A stretch of 64,000 nt of DNA from Eledone cirrhosa (GCA_964016885.1 OZ024755.1:38130001-38194000); one strand, 5' to 3'. Numbered from the stretch's first letter, positions 37,849-51,219 are shown. Numbers and translations are program-made. Notes: generated by a model from the sequence alone, not told the origin.

Positions 37849-38595
37849 TGTTTGATAGGTTTGATGCCGAGGGCTGCATGGCTGGAATGAAAGTCAGTGC
37901 TGCGAAAACTGAGACATTCGTCCTCTCAAGGAAGCCTGCACAGTGCTCTCTACATGTAAATGGAGTTCCACTGAAGCAGGTAGAGAAGTTAAAGTATCTT
38001 GGGGCTGAGTTCATGAGTGATGGAAGACAAGAAGCTGAATTAAGTACAAGAATTGCAAAAGCTGGTGCAGTAATGCGCCAGTTTCAGTAATCAGAATGGA
38101 GGTAGGCTTAAAAGCCAAACTTGCTGTCTTCAATTCGGTTTTCGTGCCAACTGTTACCTATGGTTTTGAATCTTGGGTAATGACCAAAAGGATACGATCG
38201 CGAATACAAGTGGCTGAAATGGGATTCCTCTGAAGGGTTTTGGAGTAACATTACTTCATAAAGTATGTAGCTCAGAGATGAGAGTCACTCCAGGCAGAGC
38301 CACTACTTCTCTGAATTGAGAGATCACAGCTCAGATACTATGGACATGTGGTTAGAATGTCTTTGGAAAGAATGGCTGGACAGATTTTATGGGTAAAACC
38401 AACAGGTAGGAGACCCAGGGGTAGACCCCAAGCAAGATGGTTGGATCATATCCATGATCTTTGCTGGTCACATTTGGGGATCCAGCCGGATCAGTTGGAG
38501 ATTGTTGATTCTGACAGGATCCGCTGGAGAGAGTCTTGAGGACTCTGCCACTACGACTTTCTCAGGAATAAGTGGGCAAAGAAGATGAAGAAGAA
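37849..38595 (+). mobile_element. Expander-like RTE LINE 3' fragment
   Basis: GMKVSAAKTE..LKQVEKLKYLGAEFMSDG..RIAKAGAVM..ESWVMTKRIRSRIQ..KPTGRRPRGRPQARW; stops and frameshifts present. Confidence 0.9.
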
Positions 38596-39239
38596 GGCAT
38601 GGGTTGGACAGGTCATCACAGTCTAAAAGTAGACTGGTCGAAGAACTATGTCTTGACCTAATGTTCCATGTTTGGTTTTGTTTTTAGGGCTGGAAGCCCT
38701 TCTTAACAGCCACCAAAGACTGCTGGATATATTTTATCATGGCACTAGTACTATTATTTTACAGAGTGTACTGGGTGCATGATATTGTGGTACTAGCACT
38801 TCCACTTTACAGAATGTACTGTGTTCATTTTGATGTGGTTTCAGTACTACCATCTTACAGAGCGTACTGGGTGCGTTTTAATATGGCACCAGGGCTACAC
38901 TCCAGTATTATCTTTTGTGATAAAAAAAATAGCTGCTTTCCAAAGTGAACATGGCTCAGCTGAACATGTTTGTGTAAAATTGTAATATAATCAACTAGGT
39001 AGAGTTTGACAGTTTGTTGTATATCTTCCTGTCTGTACCAACATTACTGTGTTGTGTTTTAATTTGTTATTCTAATCACATACTCTCAGCTCCCAAATAA
39101 CAGGTGGGGTTGGAATAAGTGGGAGGGTGGACATTTGCTTAAATTCTTGAGGGTGGGGGAAATCAGTAATTGTATAGTGTAATATGGGATTTCTTGTAAT
39201 GTTCTTCTTTTGTCATATATAATATTTTTAATGTAAAAT

Positions 39240-39718
39240 GGTTTCTTATATCGGCACAAGGCCAGCAATTTTGAGGGAGGGGAAAGTCGATTAAATCAAC
39301 TCCAGTGTGTGACTGGTGAGAAGGTACATGGCTTAGTGGTTAGAGCAGCAGGCTTGCAATCGAAAGGTTGTGAGTTCAATTCTCGGACCGGGTGATATGT
39401 TGTTTCCTTGAGCAAGACACTTTATTTCATGTTGCCCCAGTTTATTCAGCTGTAGAAATGAGATGATAGGGACTGGGTTCCCTATCATTAAGTTACCCAA
39501 GACCCCTCCAATGATATATACCTCGGGGGAGGCCAGCTAAACCTGCATAGGTGTGAGCTGTCTCACACACAGTGTGTGACTCGTACTTTATCAACCCCGT
39601 AAGGATGAAAGGTAAAGTTAACCTCGGCGGGATTTGAACTCAGATCATAAAGGGCTGTAACTCTATGCTACAAAGCATGGTGTCTGACCCTCTACTAATA
39701 CTGCCAATCCACCGCCCT
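39240..39718 (-). mobile_element. SINE-B (long form) with a nested plus-strand SINE-A variant at 39318-39569
   Basis: The two SINE-B halves flank the insert; TSD CAGTGTGTGACT(G/C)GT at 39303 and 39570. Confidence 0.85.
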
Positions 39719-40146
39719 TGTTTTGCTTTTTTTATGTAAAATAAAATTATTATAAGATTCTCCAGCTGCTGTATCAATATGAATCATTTACATTAAAATT
39801 TCGCCGGAGATAGATTAGCAAAATTTAATAAGCAGGTGGTGGTGGGGTCTGAAAAATTAATAAATGGGTTGCAGGTTGGGGAGGGTACCTGTTTATGAAT
39901 CTAAACAGGTACCTGAGAGTACCTGTTTATGAATCTAAAACTGCTTGTTTAACAAAACCTCCCTGCTGCTCTATTTCACATGGTTTATCTCATTTGTATT
40001 TTTGTTTTCTTTTCAATCCAACCCTTCACCCTGGGCTGGACTTCCACCTGCTCAGGCCCTAATCTTTATGAAATTTGAGTCCCTTCTCTAAAAAAATATA
40101 ATTATTATATCTTATATTAATGTTAATTATAAAGAATAATTAATAT

Positions 40147-40197
<51 letters not shown>

Positions 40198-40401
40198 CAT
40201 ATCATCATTTTACGTCCGCTTTTCCCTGTTTGCAAGGGTGGGAGATATATATATATATATATGTATATATATGTAATCTGAGTTTTTCGAATATTAATAA
40301 TAATATTCGATTCGTTTACAATTATGCAAACAACCCTCTTTTTTTAAAGCCATGTCATATGTACATACATATATACATACATATATATATCTATATATAT
40401 A

Positions 40402-40440
<39 letters not shown>

Positions 40441-40444
<4 letters not shown>

Positions 40445-40640
40445 TTAATATAGATGAGATTCTACAGGACTAGAACTGTTTCATTCTTTAGAAATCATCA
40501 GGATTTCCTGATGATTTCTAAAGAATGAAACAGTTCTAGTCCTGTAGAATCTCATCTATATTAAAACTTTTATACTCTGCAATGTATTGAGTACCTTACT
40601 TACTGTGGTTACCTCCGATTCAACCCGGAATAACGTACGT
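40441..40640 (+). mobile_element. (TA)n-embedded perfect-palindrome-plus-tail element (family H2)
   Basis: Perfect 63-bp arms at 40441-40503 and 40506-40568, followed by a tail of about 70 bp containing GTATTGAGTAC; (TA)n on both sides. Confidence 0.8.
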
Positions 40641-40656
40641 ATATATATATATATAT

Positions 40657-40845
40657 AATTGTTTCTACTTTTGGCACAAGGCCAGCAAATACCCAGTGCA
40701 TTACTGGTACTTTATTTTATCGACCCCGCAAGGATGAAAGGCAAAGTTAATCTCGGCGGGATTTTAACTCAGAATGGAAAGGGCCATAACTCTGTGTCAA
40801 AGCATGGTGTCCGACCCTCTACCAATACTGCCAATCCACCACCCT
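40657..40845 (-). mobile_element. SINE-B
   Basis: Reverse complement of the family consensus. Confidence 0.9.
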
Positions 40846-41092
40846 TATATTTATATTTATATATATATATATAATATAAGTCGCATGAATACAACAATTT
40901 CACAGTTAAAGGACATTGTTATATTAATGTCACTTATATTATATATAAACACTCCTTGAATTACCTCCATTATACCCACGGTTCATCACCATGGAAACAC
41001 TTGATAAGTGATTCACTTGTTGAGTTAAAAACCACTCCATGTTTGTTGACACAGTCTTCGATTTCCCCTAATGAAATCTGATTACTACTGTA

Positions 41093-41404
<312 letters not shown>

Positions 41405-41598
41405 TAGGAACGAGTAGGACCCCGACGGCTGAGCTCAAGCCATTTCGACGGTTAATTCTGGACTCAGAATTAGCCGTCGAAACGGCTTGATCTCTACCGT
41501 CGGGGTCCTACTCGTTCCTATTACCCACTCTACTACCCTAAGTATTGAGTACTTTGGTGCGTTATGGTCCATCTGGTTCTGTACCACATTTCCTTCAT
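41405..41598 (+). mobile_element. Family H1 hairpin-plus-tail element
   Basis: Palindrome 41405-41520 (loop GACT); tail with GTATTGAGTAC at 41542; (TA)n flanks. Confidence 0.8.
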
Positions 41599-42327
41599 TA
41601 TATATATATATATATATATATATATTTCACTATTTTATACTCAACATATGAATTGTGGTAACTTTTCATCACAAAAGCAGATAGTTTATTTACCTAACTG
41701 CTGTTCTGTCTCTGTGCTACATGTTACTTCACACTGACTGCCAAGTATAGGTCAGTACTTAAGCTTTTTAAATCCTGACTGATATGATTGATTTAGTAGG
41801 GTATTTTTATAACAACAGCATATCTTGACTTATTGATTCTAGATAGATCAACAAAATGAAATACATCTACCAGAAACAGAATCTAAACAACTTTCAGTTC
41901 TGCTACTTCAGAGAAAATGTTGTTACATCTAACTGGCTGATCTATCTATACTGATGGGGATGGGGGACACACACATACATAAACACACAGTGTTGTCATT
42001 AGGGTATTGGGCTACTGACTTGGGTGAGAGTGGAGAACTCATATACAGCCTCCTATGTCTTGCTGTGTCTCTGGCCTAGATACTTAGCTATCAAACAGCT
42101 CTGTCTACAATGATGTAGAACAGTGAATCCCAACCTAACAGGGACCCTATTTATGTAAATTAATTTTACGATGTACCCCAGGCTTTTTAAAGGTCTGTAC
42201 ACTGAAATCCTGCTGTGATATGTTTATGTAGTAGACTTAACCTGACATCCAGTAAAGCACCTTGCTCTAGGATGCCCTTAGCAGAGTTACTTTGTTGTAA
42301 GGAGACAGGTCACAAATACCAATTTAA

Positions 42328-42512
42328 CCCTTTAGCATTTAAACTGGTCGTATCTGGCCAGAGTTCTCTTGCCTCTTTCTATTCAAACCAGCTGCTCATA
42401 CTTATGTTAAGGTATTGTTCTCAAAATAAATATCAGAATCTCATTCGATATTATATGAGCTAAAGCCTTTACCGTGAAAATATGATAGAAAATATAGAGT
42501 AATGGTAAAAGG
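42328..42512. mobile_element. piggyBac-type MITE, decayed
   Basis: TTAA|CCCTTTAGCATTTAAACTGG start; degenerate right end. Confidence 0.75.
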
Positions 42513-42575
42513 TTGAGACTGGAAGGGGCAGCTAACTTAGTTCTAGACTTGAACCATGTAGCTGTCATTAGTAAT

Positions 42576-42755
42576 AATTGTTTCTATTTTTGGCACAAGG
42601 CCAGCAATTATCCCAGTGCATTACTGGTACTTTATTTTATCAACCCTGTAAGGATGAAAGGCAAAGTTAACCTGAACTTAGACCGTAAAGGGACGTAACT
42701 CTATGCTGCAAAGCCTGGTGTCGGACCCTCTACCGATACTGCCAGTCCACCACCC
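42576..42755 (-). mobile_element. SINE-B
   Basis: Family consensus. Confidence 0.85.
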
Positions 42756-43189
42756 TCCTCACTAGTAATATGTCACTAGTAAGAATGTCTCATATCATTA
42801 CATGTTGAAAATCTGATCATGTCAATAGTTTATGATAAACTATGTTGATAAGTGTATATTATAACAAAAGTATTGGTCTTTATAAAGAACTTATATCTAA
42901 AGTCATACTGTCGGGGGTGATATGCTGATAGAGGTGGGGGATGGGGTTTTAATATAAATTGAAATATTGAAAACATTAAAGATTTTAACTACTTATGAAC
43001 ATTTTTGTTCTAATACTTGTCAGGCAAAAATGTTTTGCAGTATTTAGTTCGGCCTTTCTGTATTCTGAGTCCCAATCCCATCAAAGTTAGCTTTACCTTT
43101 CATCCTTTCAGAGTTGATAAAATAAAGTATCAGTAATGCACTAGGGTCAATTTAAACGCCTTTCCCTTCTCCCCAAATTGTTGGCATTA

Positions 43190-43549
43190 CAGTTTACCTC
43201 CACCATTCGCGGTCTCGGTTATTCGCAAAATTTTCCATAGAACCTAACTAATAACTGTTCGTGGAAACCACCTCATATTCGTGAAATCGTAAATATCTTT
43301 CGTGATTTTTTAATGGCTTTTTTCGTGGCAATATATATTTTTAACACTAAATTATTAATAACAATATGCCGTATTTGCTGGCCTATTGGATGCGCCTTTG
43401 CATAAGATGCTCCCTCTTTTTTATTATATTTTACATTATATTTTTTTACATTTATAGGCATTTTTATGGACCATGTCCAATATTCATGGTTTTTCACTCT
43501 TCATGGGTGCTCTAGGGACGTAACCCCCGTTAATACCAGGCATCTACTG
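43190..43549. mobile_element. pogo/Tigger-like MITE
   Basis: TA|CAGT...ACTG|TA with imperfect TIRs; homologs at 28291-28941 and an end fragment near 44660-44710. Confidence 0.7.
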
Positions 43550-43877
43550 TATTGCCAGCGAGCTACTTATTCTTTTGACAGAGAATTTGATCTGTTACAT
43601 ATATATTTTCTTTGTTAAAATGTCCTTTGTATTCGATTTCCTCTCTGCCCGCCCTTTCAATAATCATCTTAAACTGTTGAGCAGATTTACAGGTAGTGGG
43701 GGACTAGCAGAACAGGTTGCAGTGTGGAGCAGAAGTTCCTTATTCCCTTTTATAGTAGAGGGCAGGTGCCAATCTGATGTGGTAATGACAGTAATACAAC
43801 TCTGAACATACCTGTGTACAGGTTTTATTGTGAAACTAAAGCTGTGTATTTCTGATTAGGTCGGCATTGTCTCCCTT

Positions 43878-44290
43878 TGTGTGTAGATTGCGTGTGTTGT
43901 TATGTCTGTGTTGTTATGTGTGTGTGTGTGTGTGTGTGTTATGTGTGTGTGTGTACGTCTGTGTTGTTATGTGTCTGTGTACGTCTGTGTTGTTATGTGT
44001 CTGTGTGTGTGTGTGTGTGTGTGTTATGTGTGTGTGTACGTCTGTGTTGTTATGTGTGTGTGTGTGTGTGTGTGTGTTATATCTGTGTGTACGTCTGTGT
44101 TATGTGTGTGTGTGTGTTGTAATACCTGTGTGTACGTCTGTGTTGTTATGTGTGTGTGTGTGTTGTAATACCTGTGTGTACGTCTGCGGTGTTATGTGTG
44201 TGTGTGTGTGTCTTGTTATGTGTCTGTGTGTCTGTTGTTATGTCTGTGTGTCTGTTGTTATGTGTCTGTGTGTCTGTTGTTATGTCTGTG
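43878..44290. repeat. (TG)n compound microsatellite
   Basis: Directly visible. Confidence 0.95.
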
Positions 44291-44625
44291 TAAGTCTTTA
44301 TCTTTCTGTCTGTTTATTTCCTGTAACTTACCTGTTCGACAAAAAATACATCAATAATATACATATATCATCATCATCATCATTTAACGCCCATTTTCCA
44401 CGTTAGCATGGGTTAGATCAAATTTCCTGTTTGTAAGACAAGTCAGATCATGTGACTGTATCTTGCCCATACAGAACTGTTTATATATATATATATATTT
44501 ATGTAATAAACAACATAAGATAATTATTGCATTTACCAGTGGTTTCTTGAAATCAAACAAATCTGCTTTCAGTCATCAGAATGAAAAAATCCTGGTGTTT
44601 TTATTGAATGTGGATTTTGAAAACC

Positions 44626-44657
<32 letters not shown>

Positions 44658-44926
44658 CACTGTTGTCCCCCAGTATTGGCAGGGGTTATATACCTCGAGC
44701 ACCCATGAGGTAACTCCTTTACCGCAAAACTACAATAGTAAATATAGAGTAATGCAAATGCTAAAGGGTTAAAGCAGTTTTCTCTGCCAAAGCCCATCTT
44801 AGCCCTGTGTACTCTATGACAGGCTTCATACTCATCATGAGGTCCTTTTTGGGGGCAATATTTTATGGCCCTGTACATTTCCTGATACACCTATTGTAGA
44901 AATTATGAATGAATATATTAATTTTG

Positions 44927-45093
44927 GTGGATTGGAAGTATTGGTAGAGGGTTGGACGCCATGCTCTGCAGCAAAGAGTTACAGCCCTTTATGGTCTGAT
45001 TTTTTTTTGCCTTTCATCCTTATGGGGTCGATAAAATAAAGTACCAGTAATACACTGGGTAATTGCTGGCCTTGTGCCAAAAGTAGAAACAAT
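44927..45093 (+). mobile_element. SINE-B with B-box region replaced by a T-run
   Basis: Head, core and tail match the family. Confidence 0.85.
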
Positions 45094-45359
45094 TAATTTC
45101 TAAACATGAACAAAATTTAATTTACATGACTATGAAATCTGTAAGGGCTCTCAATACCAACCCTATTAAAACTTATCAAAATCTTCCTCTAAGTTCCACA
45201 CAATACAATTGGTTTAGAGTTATATCTGTAAAGGTTAACTGTATACTTATCAAAAGGGACCCACTGAGACTGATAAAGGGGATAGGATTGGGTGGGGGGC
45301 AACTAGGGGTTAAAATTAAAATAGCCAAAATATATATTAACATGAAAAATCAGTATTAA

Positions 45360-46087
45360 CCCTTTAGCATTTACATGGGACGAGCTGATAAACTCCGACC
45401 TCACACACTTACACCTCTCCAAGACAATGTCACTGGACCGAGACCTTTGGCGGTACTCAGTAATAGAGAAGACCCGCCTTACCTAAATACATAGTAAAAC
45501 CTACTACAGTCAGTAGGCATCTCTAACAAAATACACCCCCATCCCACCACCCCCACCCCATCCACACCACCCCCTTCTATGTAAAGTTATGTTGGTGCCA
45601 CACCATCCAGGCCGAAACAAATGATATCGTGTAGGTGTCACGACAAAAAAACACACAGTCCACGCTGTAATGTGGCCGTGTAGGCAACACGGTAAAAACC
45701 TCCCAGCCCCACACTGTAAATGTGGTTGGTGTTAGGAAGGGCATCCAACTGTAGAAAACCCGCCAGATAGTCCTATGCGAGCAAGACAATCACTCTTGCC
45801 TCAAGTGAGAAAACTCCCGTCCAAACCCATGCAAGCGTGGAACACGGACGTTAAACGCTGATGATGATGATGATGATGATGATTGCTCTATATTTACCGT
45901 AGTATTTTCATGGTAAAGATTTTACCTTACATAATTATCTCACATAATATCGAATCTATAGGATTTTGATATTATTTATTTTGAGAACAATACCTTAACA
46001 TCAGTATGAGTGTCCAGTTACGGCTGGTTTGAACAGAAAGAGGTGAGAGAATTATCACCGGATATGGCTGGTTTAAATGCTAAAGGG
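45360..46087. mobile_element. piggyBac-type MITE split by an RTE 3'-end insertion (45377-45883, plus strand)
   Basis: TTAA at 45356-45359 and 46088-46091. The insert encodes [36 protein letters not shown] (cf. LINE WDEVIKADLTQLHLSKAMTHDRDLWRHAV) plus UTR and (TGA)n. Confidence 0.9.
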
Positions 46088-46097
46088 TTAAAACAAA

Positions 46098-46135
46098 TGT
46101 ATATATTTGTATGTGTCTGTGGATGTATATATATG

Positions 46136-46185
<50 letters not shown>

Positions 46186-47375
46186 ATGTGTGTGTCTGTG
46201 TATGTATATAGTTGAGTGTGTGTGTTTGGATGTATATAGTTGTATGTGTGTCTGGATGTATATAGTTGTATGTGTGTCTGTGTATGTATATATTTGTATG
46301 TGTGTCTGTGTATGTATATATTTGTATGTGTGTCTGTGTATGTATATATATATGTATGTGTATGTCTGTGATTATATATATATATGTATGTGTATCTGTG
46401 TATGTATATATATATATGTGTGTATGTATATATATGTGTATCTGTGTATGTATATATATGGAGGTGTATCTGTGTATGTATATATATGGAGGTGCGTATG
46501 TGTATGTATATATATATGTATGTGTGTGTCTGTGTATGTATATATATGTATATGTGTGTCTGTGTATGTATATATATGTATGTGTGTGTCTGTGTATGTA
46601 TATATATGTATGTATGGCTGTGTATGTATATGTATGTATATGTGTCTGTGGATGTATATATATGTATGTGCGTCTGCGTATGTATATATATATATGTATA
46701 TGTGTATGTCTGTATGTATATATATGTATGTGTGTCTATAGATGTATCTATCTGTATGTACGGCTGTGTATGTATATATATGTATGTGTATCTGTGTATG
46801 TATATATATGGAGGTGTATATGTGTATGTATATATATATATGTATGTCTGTGTATGTATATATATATATGTGTATCTATAGATATATATATATGTATGTA
46901 CGGCTGTGTATGTATATATATGTATGTGTATATATGTATGTATATATCTGTATGTACGGCTGTGTATGTATATATATGTATGTGTATCTATAGATGTATA
47001 TATCTGTATGTACAGCTGTGTATGTATATATATGTATGTGTATATATAGATGTATATATCTGTATGTACGGCTGTGTATGTATATATGTATATATATGTA
47101 TGTGTATCTATAGATGTATATATCTATGTACGGCTGTGTATGTATATATATGTATGTGTATATATAGATGTATATATCTGTATGTACAGCTGTGTATGTA
47201 TATATATGTATGTGTGTCTATAGATGTATATATCTGTATGTACGGCTGTGTATGTATATATATGTATGTGTATATATGTATGTATATATCTGTATGTACG
47301 GCTGTGTATGTATATATATGTATGTGTATATATAGGTGTATATATCTGTATGTACAGCTGTGTATGTATGTGAGT
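46098..47375. repeat. TA/TG compound micro/minisatellite
   Basis: Directly visible. Confidence 0.95.
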
Positions 47376-47377
47376 GT

Positions 47378-47555
47378 GTGGAATTTCACATATATAAAGA
47401 CATATGGTATGTTTAATAAATAAACATTTTGAAAGGCTGACAGCCAGTGCCATCTAGTGGATTACATCAGAATCAGCCTTTCAATATTCATAGCTGGGCT
47501 TTTAGAATGTTTATTTATTAAATATAGCGTACATTGTTAGATATACAAAATTCAC
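47378..47555. mobile_element. Small inverted-repeat element (MITE-like); partial second copy at approx. 47835-47915
   Basis: Imperfect inverted arms (TTTAATAAATAAACATT / AATGTTTATTTATTAAA) and an inner TTGAAAGGCTGA / TCAGCCTTTCAA pair. Confidence 0.6.
47446..47460 (-). promoter_or_regulatory. CTCF-like core motif CCACTAGATGGCACT
   Basis: Matches the CCAC[C/T]AG[A/G][G/T]GGC[A/G]C consensus; motif match only, no binding evidence. Confidence 0.45.
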
Positions 47556-47950
47556 GTCTAACCCATGCTAGCGTGGAAAATAGACGTTAAATGATGATGA
47601 TGATGATGATGATAATGATGATGATGTATGGATACAGCCATGCTGAAGCTAAATTTTAATTCTACTTTTTAAGTTGAGCCAACTTATACAGCTTCATATG
47701 CAAATGAGGTTAATCAGCCCATCTACACAGTGGAAAATACTATATACTATTTCAAATTCCAGCAGGGAGGTGCTGTCCCAATGAGGGCCATTAGTTCTAA
47801 ATGTGTGTAGGTAGTTATCCTTTGCTGCTTCTGCTTGAATCTACTAGACAGCGCTGGCTGTCAGCCTTTCAATATTCATAGCAATTTGTATATCTTTAGA
47901 TATACGAAATTCACATACATACAAACACACACACATATATATATATATAT

Positions 47951-48185
47951 ATTCACATTGCTCCAGTTTACTCAGCTGTAGAAATGAGATGATAGGGACT
48001 GGGGTCCATATCATTCCACTGCAAAGTGGTCGTGGAGGTGCCACGGCAAAAAAGCACCCAGCACTCACTGTAAAATGAGGTTGGTGTTAGGAAGGGCATA
48101 TAGCTGTAGAAATCAAGCCAGAATCAGTTCCCGTCCCACCCTTGCAAGCAGGGAAAAGCAGACTTAAAATGATGATGATGATGAT
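47951..48185 (+). mobile_element. 5'-truncated SINE-A
   Basis: Starts in the CORE-like domain; full RTE-type tail. Confidence 0.9.
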
Positions 48186-48402
48186 ATATATATATAATAA
48201 TAATAGCAATAAACGAAAGATATATACTTTATATCATCACTATTTTTTTTATTATATATATTTCGGGGATGCAAAAATTTGTGTAACATAAATCAGAACA
48301 TGCCCTCATCAGATAAAATACATATGAGATGTATAATTTTTCATGATATACCAGCATCATCGATTTTGATTCATCAGTGACAGGCAAGTATATATATATA
48401 TA

Positions 48403-48780
48403 TTGTAAATGTGGTTGGTGTTAGGAAGGGCATCCAGCCGTAGAAAACCTGCCAGACAGTCCTATACGAGAGACACGGTCACCCGACCAATCTTGTCTCA
48501 AGTGGGACAATTCCCATCTAAACCCATGCTAGCGTGGAAGATAGGTGTTAAACGATGATGATGATAATGATATCATTTGATTTGATTTCATTTCATTTTA
48601 CGTCTGCTTTCTACAGCTGAGTAAAGTGTGTAAACATCTCATTTCTACAGCTGAGTAAACTGGAGCAATGTGAAATAAAGTGTCTTGTTCAAGGAAACAA
48701 CACATCACCCGGTCTGAGAATTGAACTCACAATCTTTCGAATGCAAAGCCAATGCTCTAACCACTAAGCCATGTGCCTCT
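48403..48780. mobile_element. RTE 3' UTR fragment (+, 48403-48570) tail-to-tail with an internally deleted SINE-A (-, 48590-48780)
   Basis: Both match families defined above. Confidence 0.85.
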
Positions 48781-50089
48781 ATATATATATATAAGGACCC
48801 TGAAGCACAAAACTCCTGACCCTCAAGTCACTGGTATAGCTTCACTGCAATGATAAAATATATATCACCAATCTATGTATGGATGCATGTATGAGTGTAT
48901 GTATAAATATGTTTGTTTGTGTGTGTGTGTAAGGGGACAGATGCACGTGCATGCTCCTGTATCGAGATGTGGGGTGTACATAAGAAACACACTAAAAGGA
49001 ATCAAAAATAATCCAACCATAGAAGCCATATGTTCTTCATCTCCATCAATAATTTGGTCACATCTGTTTAGTTGTAAATTATAAATATTTCACCCCCCTT
49101 AGTTCTTGACAAATGGGGATAACAAAGTTCTGCTATATTTTCTCCATATAGTTTTAAACTATCAGCACCTGATATAACATATTTGTTTTGTATATTAAGT
49201 ACATTAATTCTCTGTATGCTGCTACAGAAATTAGAGTGGCATATGGACTATTGAGATTTGTGAAAGGATTAACATAAGACCCTTCTGGGGTCCCTACTTT
49301 CTATTCCAGTTTTGTTGTTGTTTAGCCTGATGTCACAGCTGATCCAGTATATTCATGATTTAAAGGGTTTTCTGGTAATAACCACCCACTCTTTCTTTTA
49401 CTGAAACATGAAATAAATGGACCTTTGTTGCTTCTGACATTGTGTCTTCCAGTTGGTTGGTTGGTCAATGGAATGACTTACTGACTTACATGTGAAATTA
49501 ATGTACAAGTGGCTGAGTATTCCACGGACACATGTAGCAGATTGAGTGTAAGACAATATGGAACTCAACTTTTGAATTACTGGTACTGCCCATCTGAGAG
49601 GTTTCTAAACAGTTTCTATCTAACCATAGCATGTGTCTACCCAAGACTGTGGTAAAAGACACCTACCCCAAGATGCCACATAGCATAAAAGGGTTTGCTT
49701 AACCATTCATGGTGTTATTTCTACAGCTGGATGCCCTTCCTAATGCTAGCCACTTTACAGAGTGTACTGGGAGTATTTTATCATAGTATCAACACCACAG
49801 AGATTAGGTTGATTTGACTGATGAGTTTTCTCAACCCTATATTATTGTTGTTGTTGTTAACAGTTGAATGTCAACTACTTTACAAAGTGTATTGAGTGCA
49901 ATTTATAGTGGCACTAGCACTAAAGCGGTTGTTGTGTCCTTGACACAACTGAAATGTCCTCTTAACCCTTTTTTGGGCATGGGTTCTACAGCTGGATGCC
50001 TTTCCTAATGCCAACCTCTTAAGAGTATCAAATATATATGTTATCAAGGCACCAACACTAGGAAGGGTGTCATGTTCTAAGTTGAACAG

Positions 50090-50570
50090 GACCGATACTC
50101 CCCCTACACCACCCTTACTCTGTAAAGTTATGTTGATGTCACAAAACAACCAGCCCATACTGTAAAGTGGTCATGTAGGAGACAACAAAAAGCACCTAGT
50201 ACACACTGTAAAGTGGTCATGTAGGTGTCACAGCAAAAAGCATCCAGTACACACTGTAAAGTGGTCAAGTAGGAGACACAACAAAAAGCACCTAGTACAC
50301 ACTGTAAATGTGGTCGTGTAAGAAACATGACAAAAAAGCACCCTGCACATACTGTAATATGGTCATGTAGGTGTTACGACAAAAAGCACCCAGTCCAAAC
50401 AGTAAAGTGGTTGGTATTAGGAAGGGCATCCAGCCATAGAAAACCAGCTAGAAACAGTCCTATATGAGCGAGACATGGTCACCCAACCCAACTTCCCTCC
50501 AATGGGACAAAACAGTCCAACCCATGCTAGCGTGGAAGATAGATGTTAAATGATGATGATGATGATGATA
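50090..50570 (+). mobile_element. RTE 3' UTR with approx. 48-50-bp internal tandem repeats
   Basis: ACTGTAAAGTGGTCATGTAGG...AAAAAGCA units, followed by the conserved UTR end and (TGA)n. Confidence 0.85.
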
Positions 50571-50826
50571 TTAATTTGTAAACAAACCATCAGAATAAAA
50601 CTAAACAACAGCAAAAACTGGAGATAAACAGAGAAATTAGAAACAATGGGGCAAAAGTGAAATGGGAAGCTTCTCTATATGTAGTGCTCATCAAATATGG
50701 ACATTAACGTCTCTACTTCCATACTAATTAACTAATTAACTAATTAACTAAATTAATTATATAAATCTCTCCCTACTTTATTATTATCCTTTACTTCATT
50801 GTCCTACTGTCTTGTTTGGGTTTTGG

Positions 50827-50928
50827 CTGCTACTACTACTACTGTTGCTACCACTACTGGTGCTACTACTACTACTGTTGCTACCACTACTACTGTTGCT
50901 ACCACTACTACTACTTTTGCTACTGTTG

Positions 50929-50981
<53 letters not shown>

Positions 50982-51219
50982 GCTACTACTACTACTGTTG
51001 TTACCACTACTACTACTGGTGCTACTACTACTACTACAACTGTTGTTACTACTACTACAACTGGTGCTACTACTACTGTTGTTACTACTACTACAACTGG
51101 TGCTACTACTACTACTACTGGTGCTACTACTACTACTGTTACTACTATAACTGTTACTACTACTACTACTGTTGTTACCACTACTACTACTATGACTACT
51201 ACTGCTACTGTTGCTACTA

